Positions 36,101 to 47,262 of a DNA stretch of 64,000 nt are shown piece by piece. Origin of the DNA: Sphyrna mokarran (lineage: Eukaryota); contig JAGIQG010000017.1 in the NCBI GenBank assembly GCA_024679065.1, positions 4,278,001-4,342,000 on the forward strand. The letters run 5' to 3'. Positions within the stretch are counted from its first letter, which is position 1, and each line of letters begins with the position of its first letter. Below the pieces are notes generated by a model, which saw only the letters and a list, made by a program, of their open reading frames with translations, did not search any database and was not told where the DNA came from. Both the position numbers and the translations under genes were made by a program.

Positions 36101-38042
36101 GGGTTTTAATTGAAATCGGGAGGGAACTCGGGAGTATTTTGCACAAACAAAGCAATAAAGGAATCTTGTCTGCATGATTAAAAGCTGTGCTGTAATAGAG
36201 ATCTACACTTGTGATAGGCAAGTCCTGCTGAACATATCCCCACATGCACAGCTGTCCCCAACAGTTGTCACAGGAACAGTGAACAGCTCACGCCTGCCAC
36301 AGAGTGTCAAACCCAAGGAATGCGACACAGTGGGAGAGGGAAGAGGTGCAGTTTTTCATTCCCGCTTCATTGTGCTGAATAAAGAGGGAATGGCCTTCCT
36401 ATCCCAGATTGGAGGAGCTAACAGCAGCTTCAGATCACAAATCAATCAGAATCCAACAGTTGTCACTCCGAGGGGAGCAAAGCCTATTGTTGAGTGAAAG
36501 TGTAACTCACGGCGATGACTGAGACCCTATTGAGGCTATAAGGAGTTGAGAAAGGGATTAACAGGATTATACCATCTATCTGTGTGTCAAACGGATTAGC
36601 TCAATTTGAGTGGAAGTGTCAAGATTCTTTCAGCTCAGCTGCCAGACCGCCAGTGGCTTCACTCCAAAAACCCAGGTGTTTGGCTATTCAGAATGAATGT
36701 TTAGGAGAGCAATAGAGTAGGAGGCATAAGAAATTAAAATAACACAATCAAAGAAACAGGAGTTAAACTTCTAGTGGAAGAAGCAAAAATGATAAGACAA
36801 AGGAGAGAGAGAGAGCCACAAAGAAATGGGGGGAGAAACAACCGAGAAGTATACGAAATCCAGCGTCGGGGCGGAGGGGGAGTGGGGGTGAGGTGAAACC
36901 CAGTGTTGGGCAGAGGGGGTGAGCCGGGACCCAGCGTCAGGGCAGAGGGGGAGTGGGGGGTGAGCTGCGATCCAGTGCTAGTTATTATCAGTTGCTTTTA
37001 CCTGTGTTTCAGGTGAGAGACATGGCTCACTCCATTAATCCAACCCTGATTGCCCTGGCTTGTGGTTCCTATCGACGTGGGAAGCCCACCTGTGGGGATG
37101 TGGACGTTCTGATCACACATCCGGATGGAAAATCGCACAGAGGTGTTTTTAGTAAAATCTTGGCTGGGCTGAGGGACACAGGTGAGTGTGACAAGCAATG
37201 TGGCAATGGGCAAGGAACAGGCTTATCAGCATAGATATCTCAGTGTTTGATGGGGAGAGTGTAGAGGGAGTTTTACTCTGTATCTAACCCTGTGCTGTAC
37301 CTGTCCTGGGAGTGTTTGATGGAGACAGTGTAGAGGGAGCTTTTCTCTGTATCTAACCCTGTGCTGTACCTGTTCTGGGAGTGTTTGATGGGGAGAGTGT
37401 AGAGGGAGCTTTACTCTGTATCTAACCCCACGCTGTACCTGTCCTGGGAGTGTTTGATGGGGCACAATGTAGAGGGAGCTTTACTCTGTATCTAACCCCA
37501 TGCTGTACCTGCCCTGGGAGTGTTTGATGGGGACAGTGTAGAGGGAGCTTTACTCTGTATGTGACCTTGTGCTGTAGCTGACTCTAAACTGAACTGTGTA
37601 GATTTGCAGAGAGATTTTGCAGTTTCCTGAGCATAGAACATTTCCTGTTTGAAATTTGATGTTGAATTTTCTGTTGAAAGGATTTCTCACCGATGATCTG
37701 GTGATTCAGGAGGACATTGGAAACCAGAAAAAGTACCTGGGAGTTTGTCAGCTCCCGGGAGTGAAGCGTCGTCAGCGCCGGCTCGATATCATTGTGGTGC
37801 CGTACAGCGAGTTTGCCTGCACTCTGATGTACTTCACCGGCTCCGCACATTTTAACCGGTCCATTCGTGCATTGGCCAAGACAAAAGGCATGAGTCTATC
37901 GGAGCACTCACTGAACTGCCATGTCCTAAGAAAGGGGAGTACCAAAATCAGCAGCGGCGTCACAATCCCCACCATAACTGAACAAGATATCTTTGAGCAG
38001 CTGGGACTGCCGTACAGAGAGCCGTGTGAGAGAGACTGGTGA
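21067..38042 (+). CDS. POLL: DNA polymerase lambda, complete; join(21067..21181,25462..25961,27786..28094,31897..32070,32601..32729,37013..37181,37681..38042), 1758 nt, 585 aa
   Basis: GT/AG boundaries and phases are consistent. Motifs: N-terminus [14 protein letters not shown] domain, 8-kDa lyase domain ([22 protein letters not shown]), [39 protein letters not shown] and C-terminus YREPCERDW*. Confidence 0.97.
21350..23871 (+). mobile_element. Penelope-like retroelement, 5'-truncated RT + GIY-YIG endonuclease, preceded by an inverted copy of its own 3' ~840 bp
   Basis: Open frame 22189-23537 with [34 protein letters not shown], then NVVY..C..C..WYIGET..R.NEH..HF..E..LN. Inverted arms ~21346-22188 vs 23008-23838. 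13-bp TSD tttccaacataag at 21337-21349 and 23872-23884. Confidence 0.95.
21410..21444 (-). ncRNA. Minimal type-I hammerhead ribozyme motif in Penelope pLTR
   Basis: Minus strand UUGC-CUGAGGA-A-GACA(cag)UGUC-GAAA-GCUC-GCAA: intact core, stems I and II, palindromic AGCU stem III. Confidence 0.7.
24062..24520 (-). mobile_element. CR1 3' fragment
   Basis: ORF 24130-24555 gives [25 protein letters not shown]; tail cttatgttctt. Confidence 0.9.
24644..24817 (+). repeat. Local duplicate of 21115-21286 (3' part of POLL coding exon 1 plus start of the intron)
   Basis: Direct comparison shows near identity with a few substitutions and indels. Inserted into a LINE 3' remnant (24520-24860). Confidence 0.95.
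25060..25285 (+). repeat. C-rich low-complexity tandem repeat (cccagctc-like)
   Basis: Degenerate repeats of cccagctc/ccaaatccc. Confidence 0.7.
25462..25961 (+). CDS. POLL: POLL coding exon 2 (BRCT domain + linker)
   Basis: ttttgacAG|AA GCC TGG; [29 protein letters not shown]. Donor CAG|GTACAG is the phase-0 option required by the next exon (weak donor). Confidence 0.9.
26890..27670 (+). mobile_element. DeuSINE-like SINE with internal tandem expansion
   Basis: tRNA-like head at ~26900, core cagtactgaggga..tgagacattaaac..aggcc, tail gaaaggtgctatagaaatacaagtc. Confidence 0.55.
27025..27370 (+). repeat. GC-rich minisatellite with 27-bp and 38-bp units
   Basis: Units tgccgcgctgcattgtcagagggtcag, then tgccgagggagtgccgcactgcattgtcagagggccag. 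Confidence 0.93.
27786..28094 (+). CDS. POLL: POLL coding exon 3
   Basis: ctccttAG|TTA TCT GAA; ..[46 protein letters not shown]|GTAAAA. Confidence 0.95.
29933..30210 (+). mobile_element. tRNA-derived SINE (HE1/V-SINE type)
   Basis: Head, V-type domain and tail as in the other copies. Confidence 0.8.
30938..31800 (-). mobile_element. CR1 3' fragments
   Basis: ORFs 31068-31271 and 31286-31552 ([19 protein letters not shown]). Confidence 0.88.
31897..32070 (+). CDS. POLL: POLL coding exon 4
   Basis: tttcacAG|GAA GCT TGC; [28 protein letters not shown]...[14 protein letters not shown]|GTGGGA. Confidence 0.96.
32601..32729 (+). CDS. POLL: POLL coding exon 5
   Basis: ttttacAG|GGA TTC AGA; GFRTLDDVR...[24 protein letters not shown]|GTGAGT. 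Confidence 0.96.
33325..35000. mobile_element. Two Rex1/Babar-like LINE fragments (33325-34545 minus; 34660-35000 plus)
   Basis: [31 protein letters not shown]; (aaatc)n tail. Confidence 0.85.
37013..37181 (+). CDS. POLL: POLL coding exon 6 (catalytic DxD)
   Basis: gtttcAG|GTG AGA GAC; [24 protein letters not shown]; G|GTGAGT. Confidence 0.97.
37240..37580 (-). repeat. Same ~70-bp minisatellite as 1247-2020, ~5 units, opposite orientation
   Basis: gtgtttgatggggacagtgtagagggagctttactctgtatctaaccc.. units fill most of POLL's last intron. Confidence 0.95.
37681..38042 (+). CDS. POLL: POLL coding exon 7 (last)
   Basis: gttgaaAG|GA TTT CTC ACC GAT GAT; [38 protein letters not shown]. Confidence 0.97.
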
Positions 38043-38186
38043 CGTTCTGCTGCAGGCTGGCAGAGGCCTGATTGCCTATGACTGTAGGTGCATCATGATG
38101 TAGAGATGTCGGTGTTGGACTGGGGTAAACTCAGTAAGAGTCTGGCAACACCAATTTTAAATCCAACCGATTTATTTGGTAGTAAA

Positions 38187-38222
38187 TCTACAAGCTTTCG
38201 ACTTTCATCTTCGTCAGGCAAA
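38187..38222 (-). ncRNA. Minimal hammerhead ribozyme motif (left arm)
   Basis: Minus strand UUUGC-CUGACGA-A-GAU(gaaa)GUC-GAAA-GCUU-GUAGA. Confidence 0.65.
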
Positions 38223-38803
38223 GGCAATGTTCTGGTCTGTGACAGCACACATACCAGCACAGACAGTCACAGATTGCTGATTAGAATGCGAATCCTTATA
38301 CCTAACCTGCTATTCAAGTCTTAAAGTGGCTAACAATGTGGGTGAAGGGAACCCTGAGCATTGGTTAGAGAGATGTGTATTTTCTCCAGACAGCACAGTA
38401 AGTGAGGTTTTTTGCTAACCCAGGCAAGTCCTGGGAGTTATAGATAGTGTGACATGAAGCCAAGATCCCTGTTAAGACTGTCCTCATGTGTGTGGCGCAG
38501 AGTCGCTGAGCAGAGACTGATAGCCAAGTTCCGCATACATGAGGACAGTCTTAACAGGGATCTTGGCTTCATGTCACACTATCTGTAACCCCCAGGACTT
38601 GCCTGGGTTAGCAAAAAACCTCACTTACTGTGCTGTCTGGAGAAAATACACATTTCTCTAACCAATGCTCAGGGTTCCCTTCACCCACATTGTTAGCCAC
38701 TTTAAGACTTGAATAGCAGGTTAGGTATAAGGATTCGCAATCTAATCAGCAATCTGTGACTGTCTGTGCTGATATGTGTGCTATTGCAGACTAGAACATT
38801 GCC

Positions 38804-38839
38804 TTTGCCTGACGAAGATGAAAGTCGAAAGCTTGCAGA
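38804..38839 (+). ncRNA. Minimal hammerhead ribozyme motif (right arm, sense to POLL)
   Basis: UUUGC-CUGACGA-A-GAU(gaaa)GUC-GAAA-GCUU-GCAGA; predicted scissile bond after 38834. Confidence 0.68.
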
Positions 38840-38849
38840 TTTACTATCA

Positions 38850-38855
38850 AATAAA
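38850..38855 (+). terminator. Candidate POLL polyadenylation signal supplied by the Penelope pLTR
   Basis: First AATAAA found by eye downstream of the POLL stop codon. Confidence 0.45.
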
Positions 38856-39779
38856 TTGGATTTAAAATTGGTGTGGGTGCATCACCCAGTGAGGGCCTGA
38901 AACACAGGCTAGGAACACGCCAGCTTCAACTCCCGTGTGTGCTACACTGCTGCTTTGAGTGGTTTTTATGTCTTTATCATGAAACGACAGTTCACCTTTG
39001 GTGAGCTTTATGGTCTGAAAAAAACAAACGGGTAGGAACCTAGGGAGGTTTTTAATCAATCACTGGGTCAGTTGTGGCTGCTTGGACCACCACTAAATAT
39101 CAGGGAAAGGATGCAAAGAAAATGTACTGCAGGTATACTGTTTTAAGTTATGTAAAGATACTGGAAAAGCAGATATTCTTCTCATCAGGGCCGAGAAAAT
39201 TAATAGAGATTTAATAGAGATGTTCAAATCATTTATGCGATTGGATAGAGTCAATCCATTTTACCCACAGACAGCTGAAAGATCAAAGATTTATCGTAAT
39301 TGACAAAAAAAAACCAAAAGGGGAGTGAGATTTTTTTACGTAGTGAGTTGTTATCTGGATTACGCTCCCTCAATGGATGGAGAAACAGACTCAATAATAA
39401 CTTTTAAAATTGTAGAATGGAAAAAGGAAGGAGAGGTGAACTAAGTGAATCTCTCTCTCAAAGAGCTGGCCAGACATGATGGGCCAAATGGCTTCTCACA
39501 TGTTATGATTCCACATCTCTGCCGTCTGCTTCATCTCATTCTTCTTTGCCTGTGAATCCCTCAAAACCTGGGTGCCCTCCTGCACTCTGCAGTTCAGCTT
39601 TCCCCACGGCCTCACACAGTAACAGGGCAGGACAGGCCCACCATCCCGGCTCCATACTCCCATCTTCAAGGAGCCAACAGCCTACTATCCTGTGCAGATA
39701 TGCAATCAACAATTAGAAACAAGAGGCAGTCACTAAACCCCTTAAACCTTTCCTCTAAAGACAGGCATTAGAATCTTCT

Positions 39780-42700
39780 ACAAATGAGTAAAAAGGAAAA
39801 GAATAGCTGAAATGAGATGGGAATTGATGGGAAATGAGGCGGAAGCTTTGAACAAGAATTTTTATGTCCATCTTTGTGGAAGAAGTTCCAAAAAGCATCC
39901 CAAGAATAGTTAAAAATGAAAAGGCAAAATGAAGGGAGGAACTTAGAACCATCAGTGTTCAGAGAGAAAAAGTAATACATGCCCCCAGACTTGATTTTGG
40001 CCGGAATCCAGGCTCTTTAAAAAGGGAATAATGGATGCATTTAATGCATTGATTTTTGTATAATTTCTTAGATGCTCGAAAGATCCAATGGATTGGAAAA
40101 TCACAAATCTAACACTTCTGTTCAAGAAAGAAGACAGAGAACAAGAAACCCAGTTAGTCTGGCATCTGTTATTATTGGAATCCATTCTTAAAGAGGTGGT
40201 AGCAAGACGTTTAGAAAAAGCACAAGATAGTCCAGCTGAGTCAACAGTTTTGTGAAAGAGAAATCATGTTTGACAAATCTGTGAGAGTAGATTTAACAAA
40301 CAGGGTAAATAAAGGAGAACCAGTAAATATGATATATTTGGATTTCTGAATGGCATTTCTTAAGTTATCATATAAAAGATCGCCATGCAAGAGCATAGGT
40401 ATGGGGGATGATACATTAGCATGGAGGTCCAGCTAACTAACAGAACACAAAGTCACGGGAAACAGGCCCTCCAGCCCAACGAGCCCGCGCCGCCATCCCG
40501 ATGTTCCCACCTCTACCCGCGATCCCTGTCCGTGTTTATAGATCTGACACAGGATTGATAATTTTCAGGTGGGCAAACTGTAACTAGTGGAGTGTTGCTG
40601 GGGCCTCAGCTATTTACATCCAATACTAATGACTTGGATGAAGGGACAAACTGAAGGGACAAATTGCTGATGATACCAAGGTAGATAGAAAAGCAAGTTG
40701 CAAGGTGAATACAATGGGTGGGATTTTGCAGCTATGCATTCCAGGGAATTTCTCAGCTGTGCATTCCAGGGAATTTCTCAGCTGTGCATTCTGGGGGATT
40801 TTCTGATCCTGCTACAGTGAATAGAGATTTGGTGAAGAGCTGAAAAATTCCAGCCAAAGAGTTTGAAATACACTGTCATGGATTGAGGATTGTTTTCTGC
40901 CCAATAATCAGAGTTGGGATAAAGGGATCATTGTCAGATTGGCCGGCTGTTATTACTGAGGTACCACAGGGATCAATGCTGGGGGCTGCAGCTATTCACT
41001 CTCTATCATTTGAATGTGAAGACTGAAAGTAATATTTTCATGTTTGCCCATGACACAAAATGTAGTGAGAATATAAATGTAAATATGTGGGGTTAAGAAG
41101 ATAGAGTCTGGGTGGAAATGTGGTTGGTGCAGGCTTGATGGGCTGAATGGCCTCCTTCTGCACTGGGAAATAATTTAGCAATCATATATCTGCTATGCAA
41201 ATCTTTGGTGAACTTGCTACTAAAGTAATGTTAAAATTCAAGTTTTTTTATTAGTCACAAATACGCTCATATTAACACTGCAATGAAGTTACTGTGGAAT
41301 TCCCCTAGTTGCCACACTCTGGCGCCTGTTTGGGTCAATTCACCTAACCAGCATGTCTTTAAGAATGCTGGGGGGGAAATGGGAGTACCCGGAGGAAACC
41401 CACGCAGACAATGTACAAACTTCGCACTGACAATGACCCAAGCTTGCAATCAAACCTAGGTCCCTGGCACTGTGAAGTAGCAGTGCCAGTCATTGTACTA
41501 CTGTGCCATGAATGTGAGCTGTGAGGAGGATATAAAGTGACTTCAAGGGGAGTTAGGCAGGCTGAGTGAGTGAAAGAACATGGCAGATGGAATATAGTGT
41601 GGGAAAAAGTGAATATATCTACTTTGGTAGGAAAAGCAGAACTGCTTGGACTGGAGATTAGATTGGAGAGTGTCGATGTCCAGCTGTTCTTGTTCATGAC
41701 TTTCTGAAAGCTGCAGGTACAACAAGCAATTAGAAAGGCAAATGGTATCTTAGCCTTTATCTGAAGAGGATTTGAGTACAGGAGTAAGAAAGTCTTGCTG
41801 CAATTTTTTGTCAGATCACGCTTGAGTATAGTGTGCAGTTTTGGTGGCCATGGAAGAAATGTAATAAAAGTTAACCAGACTAACCAGTTGGATGCTAGAG
41901 GGAGTTTTTTCACACAGAGGGTGGTGGGGGTATGGAATGCGCTGCCAAGTAAAGTGGTGGAGGCAGGCTCTCTGGAGTTATTTAAGAAATACTTAGATGG
42001 GCACATGAACAGAATGGGAATGGAGGGGTATAGAAAACTGATTTAAAATAGAGATCATGAGCCTTGGGAGTCCTGGGAAGTGTGTAAATAGATGATGATA
42101 TTGATGTACTTGTTCTTATCCTACAGGTGCTTTGGTCCACCTTCTTGTCTAATAAGGGGCATACATGCAATGGGTCGTGAGAGGACTGCTCTTGGATTTT
42201 TTTTTAAAGTATCCTAGTGCTTTACGTCGCTAGTGTACACTTGACCTGGACATTTGATGGGCAACACGACAGCTCAGTGACTATCACTGTGTTGTGCAGA
42301 TACATGGATTTGGGCCTGTGTCCGTGGGAGTTTGCACATTCTTCCCGTGCTTGCGTGGGTTTTCTCTGGTTTCCTCCCACATAGAACATAGAACACTACA
42401 GCACAAACAGGCCCTTCGGCCCACAAGTTGTGCCAAACACATCAAAACCTACCCAGCCATAGACCTATCTATAACCCCCAATCCCATTGGATCCCATATA
42501 CTCATCCAGAAGTCTTTTAAAAGACCCCAGCGAGTTCGCCTCGACCACCACCGACGGCAGCCGATTCCATTCACTCACCACCCTCTGAGTGAAAAACTTT
42601 CTCCTAGCATCCCTCTGTACTTGCTTCCCTGCACCTTAAATCTGTGCCCTCTCGTCGCGACCATTTCAGCCCTGGGAAATAGTCTCTGAGAGTCCACCCT

Positions 42701-45630
42701 ATCTATTCATAGAACATAGAACAATACAGCACAGAACAGGCCCTTCGGCCTTCGATGTTGTGCCGACCAAAATAAAAAGCAATGCCCCTCCTAACTAAAC
42801 CATTCTCTTCTCATCCATATACTTATCAACTAACCTCTTAAACGCCACCAAACTTGGCGCATCTACAACAGCTGCAGGCAGGGCATTCCACTCCCTAATC
42901 ACTCTTTGAGATTTCTCTCAACATCTTGTAAACCTCTATCAGGTCGCCTCTCAACCTTCGTCTCTCCAGGGAGAACAGTCCCAGCTCCCTCAACCTGTCT
43001 TCATAAGGCATGCCTCCCAATCCAGGCAACATCCTTGTAAATCTCCTCTGCACCCTTTCAATAGCTTCCACGTCCTTCCTATAGTGAGGCGACCAGAACT
43101 GCGCACAGTACTCCAAGTGTGGTCTGACAAGGGTCCTATAAAGCTGCAGCATTACCTCCTGACTCCTGAACTCAATCCCTCGATGAATGAAGGCCAGTAC
43201 ACCGTAAGCTTTCTTAACCACATCCTCCACCTGGGAGGCCGATTTGAGAGTCTTATGGACCCGGACCCCAAGATCCCTCTGCTCTTCCACACAGCTAAGA
43301 CTCCTACCTTTGATAGTGTACTCATTCATCCCGTTGGATCTGCCAAAATGGACCACAACACATTTATCCACGTTGAAGTCCATCTGCCACTTCTCCGCCC
43401 AGTCTTGCATCCTGTCGATGTCATGCTGCAACTTCTGACATCCCTCCAGACCATCCACAACACCACCGACCTTCGTGTCATTGGCGAACTTACTCACCCA
43501 TCCCTCCACTTCCTCATCCAGGTCATTTATGAAAATGACAAACAGCAAGGGTCCTAGAACAGATCCCTGGGGCACTCCACTGGTGACCGACCTCCATGCA
43601 GAAAAAGAGCCATCCACAACCACCCTCTGCCTTCTGCAGGCAAGCCAGTTCTGGATCCACAAGGCCAAAGCCCCTTGGATCCCATGGCCTCTCACCTTCT
43701 CAAGAAGTCTTGCATGTGGGACCTTGTCAAATGCCTTGCTGAAGTCCATGTACACCACGTCCACTGCTCTTCCTTCGTCAATGTGTTCAGTCACATTTTC
43801 GAAGAACTCAATTAAGCTTGTAAGGCACGACCTGCCTTTTACAAAACCATGGTGACTATTTCTAATCAACCTAAACTTCTCCAAATGCTCGTAAATCGTA
43901 AGCACATCCCAAAGATGTGCTCTTAGGCTAATTGGCAAAACAATTTCTCCCTAAATTGTCTCAAATTTGGTTTTAATCCATAGATCTATAAACATAGAAG
44001 GGATCACGGGTAGAGGTGGGAACATTGGGGTGGTGGCGCAGACTCGTTGGGCCGAAGGGCCTGTTTCCCGTGCTGTTTTGTTCTTTGTTCTAATCCCTAA
44101 ACAGCAAAATTGTCCTCTGCAGATAGGTTGAGGAGACTGAGGTGTATATAGTATAGTTTAGATAAATGAGAGGCCACCTCACTGAAGTGTACAAAATCCT
44201 TAACAGGGCTTGACAGGATAGATACAGGAAGGATATTTTCCCTGTTTGGGTGGGTCTTGAACAGTCTCAGAATAAGAAGTAGGCTTGGAGAGAGAGGAAG
44301 TGTCTCTTTGGAATTCTCCACCTCAGAGCTGAGGAGGTTCAGTCAGTGAGTATTGTGTACAACAGAGGCTAATAGATTTCTAGATATCAGTGACATCAAA
44401 GGATACATGGACAATGTGAGAAGATATAAGATCATCAATGCTGTAGTTAAATACAGTGAAGCAGACTCGAGGGATCAAATGGCTGATTCTTGCTCCTTAT
44501 GTTCCTGAAGGTTAAGTGAACATACAAAAATTTGGTACTTAAGAGTATAATGTGGGAAGAATGTGATGTTATCCACAATGACAAGGAGAATAGAAAAGCA
44601 AAATATTATTGAAATAGTGATAGTGTGGAATGCTGTATTGCAGAGGGATCTGGGCGTCCTTGTACACGAATCACAAGTTAGCATGCAGATATAGCAAGCA
44701 ATTAGGCAGGCAAATGGAAAGTTGACCTTTATTGCAAGGGGAATGGAGTATAAAAGTAAGAAAGAATTGCTACAACTGTACAGGAGATTGGTGAGACCAC
44801 AACTATGGTACTGTATAGAGTTTATATCACCTTGTTTTAAGGAGGGACATCTTTGAATTAGAGGCAGTTCAGACAAAATTCATCAATCGATTCCTGGGAT
44901 GAAATGGTTGTTTTATGAGGAAAGGTTAGAGTGTAGAAGAATGAAGAGTGATCTGATTGAAATATAGAAGATGCTGAGTTGGACAGGATAGATGCTGGAT
45001 TTTTCCTCTCCTGGGGGAATCTAGAACTGGAGGCACATCTTAAAAAAAAGAGGATCAGCCATTTAAGACAGATGATAGGAGGAATTTCCTCTCTCAGAAA
45101 GTCGTTTGTATTCGGAATTCTCTTCCACATGAGTAGTGGACTCAATCATGAAAAATAGTTAAAATTGAGATAGATATGTTTTGATTGACAATGGAAGCAA
45201 GGGCTTTGGGGACAGATTGGAAAGTGAAATTAAGGCACATTAGATCAACCAGCATTTTATTGATTAGCAGAGCAAACTTGAGAAGCCAAATGGGTCAACT
45301 CCTGTTTCTTTTGTTCTTATGAACTTGTTCTGTCATTCATTTACATTAAGAGGTAATCTGTATCTTAACTCCATTTACCCACATCAGTTCCATTTCCTTA
45401 AATATCCTCACCCAATGGTAATCTATCATTGTCAATTCTGAAAGCTCCAAGTGACCCTAGCCTCAACAGCTTTTCTGAGGAAGAGAGTTCCACTAGTTTT
45501 TGTCTGAAGTGTTTCCCGATATCACCCCTAACCAGCCGAGTTCTAATTTTAAGGGTATGTACCTTTTTTCTGGACTTGCCCACGAGAGAAAGCAATTTCT
45601 TTCCATCTACCACTTCTAATCATCGTAAAT
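39780..45630. mobile_element. Cluster of nested CR1 LINEs and SINEs
   Basis: Old plus-strand CR1 remnants interrupted by a SINE (41240-41510, -) and a CR1/SINE composite (41890-42380 + 43900-44092), which is itself split by a younger CR1. Confidence 0.8.
42381..43898 (-). mobile_element. Young CR1 LINE, RT region largely open
   Basis: ORF 42895-43938 (347 aa): [37 protein letters not shown] (from FADD), HLEYCAQFWSP. Carries a second CR1 tail at ~42708-42895. Confidence 0.95.
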
Positions 45631-46259
45631 ACCATGAAAGGATATGATCCCCATCAACACTGAGGTACATTTTAAGAAATTGTTGCATTAAGTGAACCTT
45701 TGGATCTGTCTGTCAAAGAGACTAAATGTAAAATCAACTTTATCCAGAACAGCTGATGTTCAGTTGAAGCTGAAATGATACATGTTGCCACCTTGTGGTC
45801 AGAAATAAACCATGACCATTGCCTGTTTAAAGAGACATCCGCAAGCTGGTGATACCAAATAAATCCGTTGGATTTTAAGCTGGTATTGTGTGACTTCTCA
45901 ATATTTAAAGAGGAAAATGGGTCACTGACAGACAAACATTTGGAAACTGATTTTTAGTTGATGGGCACATAACCAGAAGGCCAATATTCAGACAATACAG
46001 TTAGCCCTTAGGAACATTAGAAATCAAATAGGATCCTTCTGACACTGTACAGTACACTTCTGATAGAAAAGTGTGTGGACATTAATTAAAGGTAATGTAA
46101 TGCTCAGCTATGATGCCCTCCACAGTAGAATAACCTGCTTGGGAAAGGGTACCCATCATCTGAGTGATCCTTTCAATTGGGGTTGTTGTGTCAGGCAAAT
46201 GACTAAATAACAGGCACACATTGTTTTCACACAATGCCACAGTATCTACTTTGATCTGG

Positions 46260-46565
46260 GGACAACACAGTGGTTAGCACTGCTGCTTCACAGCACCAGA
46301 GAGCCATGTTTGATTCCTGGCGTGAGTCACTGTCTGTGTGGAATTTGCACATTCTCCCCATGACTGTATGGCTTTCCTCTGGGTGCTCCAGTTTCCTTCC
46401 ACACTACAAAAATGAGCGGGGTTGGGTGGATTGTCCGTGCTAAATTGCCCCTAGCTGAGTAATTGCATGGCGTTATGGGGATAGGGCCCGAGTGGGATTG
46501 TTGTCGGTACAGACTTAATGGGCTGAATGGCTTCCTTCTGCACTGTAAGATTCTATGATTCTACA
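46260..46565 (+). mobile_element. tRNA-derived SINE (HE1/V-SINE type)
   Basis: Full-length head, V-type domain and gattctatgattct tail. Confidence 0.85.
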
Positions 46566-47262
46566 ACTTCCCTAGCATCTTAATTCTTTCCAGATCTGTG
46601 GATGAACACAAAGTCATTCTTGAGCAAGATGACTAAATTTGTATTTATTTGTGACTTAAGTGTACATGTGCTGAATAAAATTAGGTTACAGCGAGTGAAT
46701 GAAAGGGTAATTCCACTTTATGTCTGTGTATTGGATGTAGTTTAGCAGTTCTCCAAATGTGTGAATAAGAGTGTGATGTTATCAGTTTACTGACATGTCA
46801 TAGCGTGCAATAAATAATATTAAATCTTACATCGCTGCTGTTTCCAATGCTGCATCATTCCCTGGACTGAGCAATGCTGAATCTCTAATTTCCTCCATCC
46901 TATTGACTAAATGGGTAAGGACAAAAAGGTTTCCTTCTCTAAAGGTCATCAGTAAACTAATTGGGTTTTACAGCAATTATTTAACTCTTATTGTTTGTTA
47001 TATACGTAAATAACAGATGAAAATGTGCTGGGAATATTAAGCATGTTTGTTGATGACACCAAGGTTGGTAGGGTGGTTAATAATGAAGATGGTTGTAAGT
47101 TACAGGAGAGAGACATGCTTGGTTAGGTGGATTGGCAATGCTAAACTTTTCCCTCAATGCACCTGAACAGATGGTGACAAAGATTTTCACAATACCTTCA
47201 TTGCAGTGTCAAGGTAAGAATATTTGTGACATTAATAAATAATCCTTAAGATATAGATGGAT

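Larger units (their letters stand above)
38096..38875. mobile_element. Penelope-derived fold-back element (two inverted pLTRs) in the POLL 3' region
   Basis: Arms ~38148-38494 and 38531-38874 are near-perfect reverse complements, homologous to the 3' end of the 21.3-23.9 kb element. TSD ggtgcatca at 38087-38095 and 38876-38884 (13 bp with one mismatch). Confidence 0.93.
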
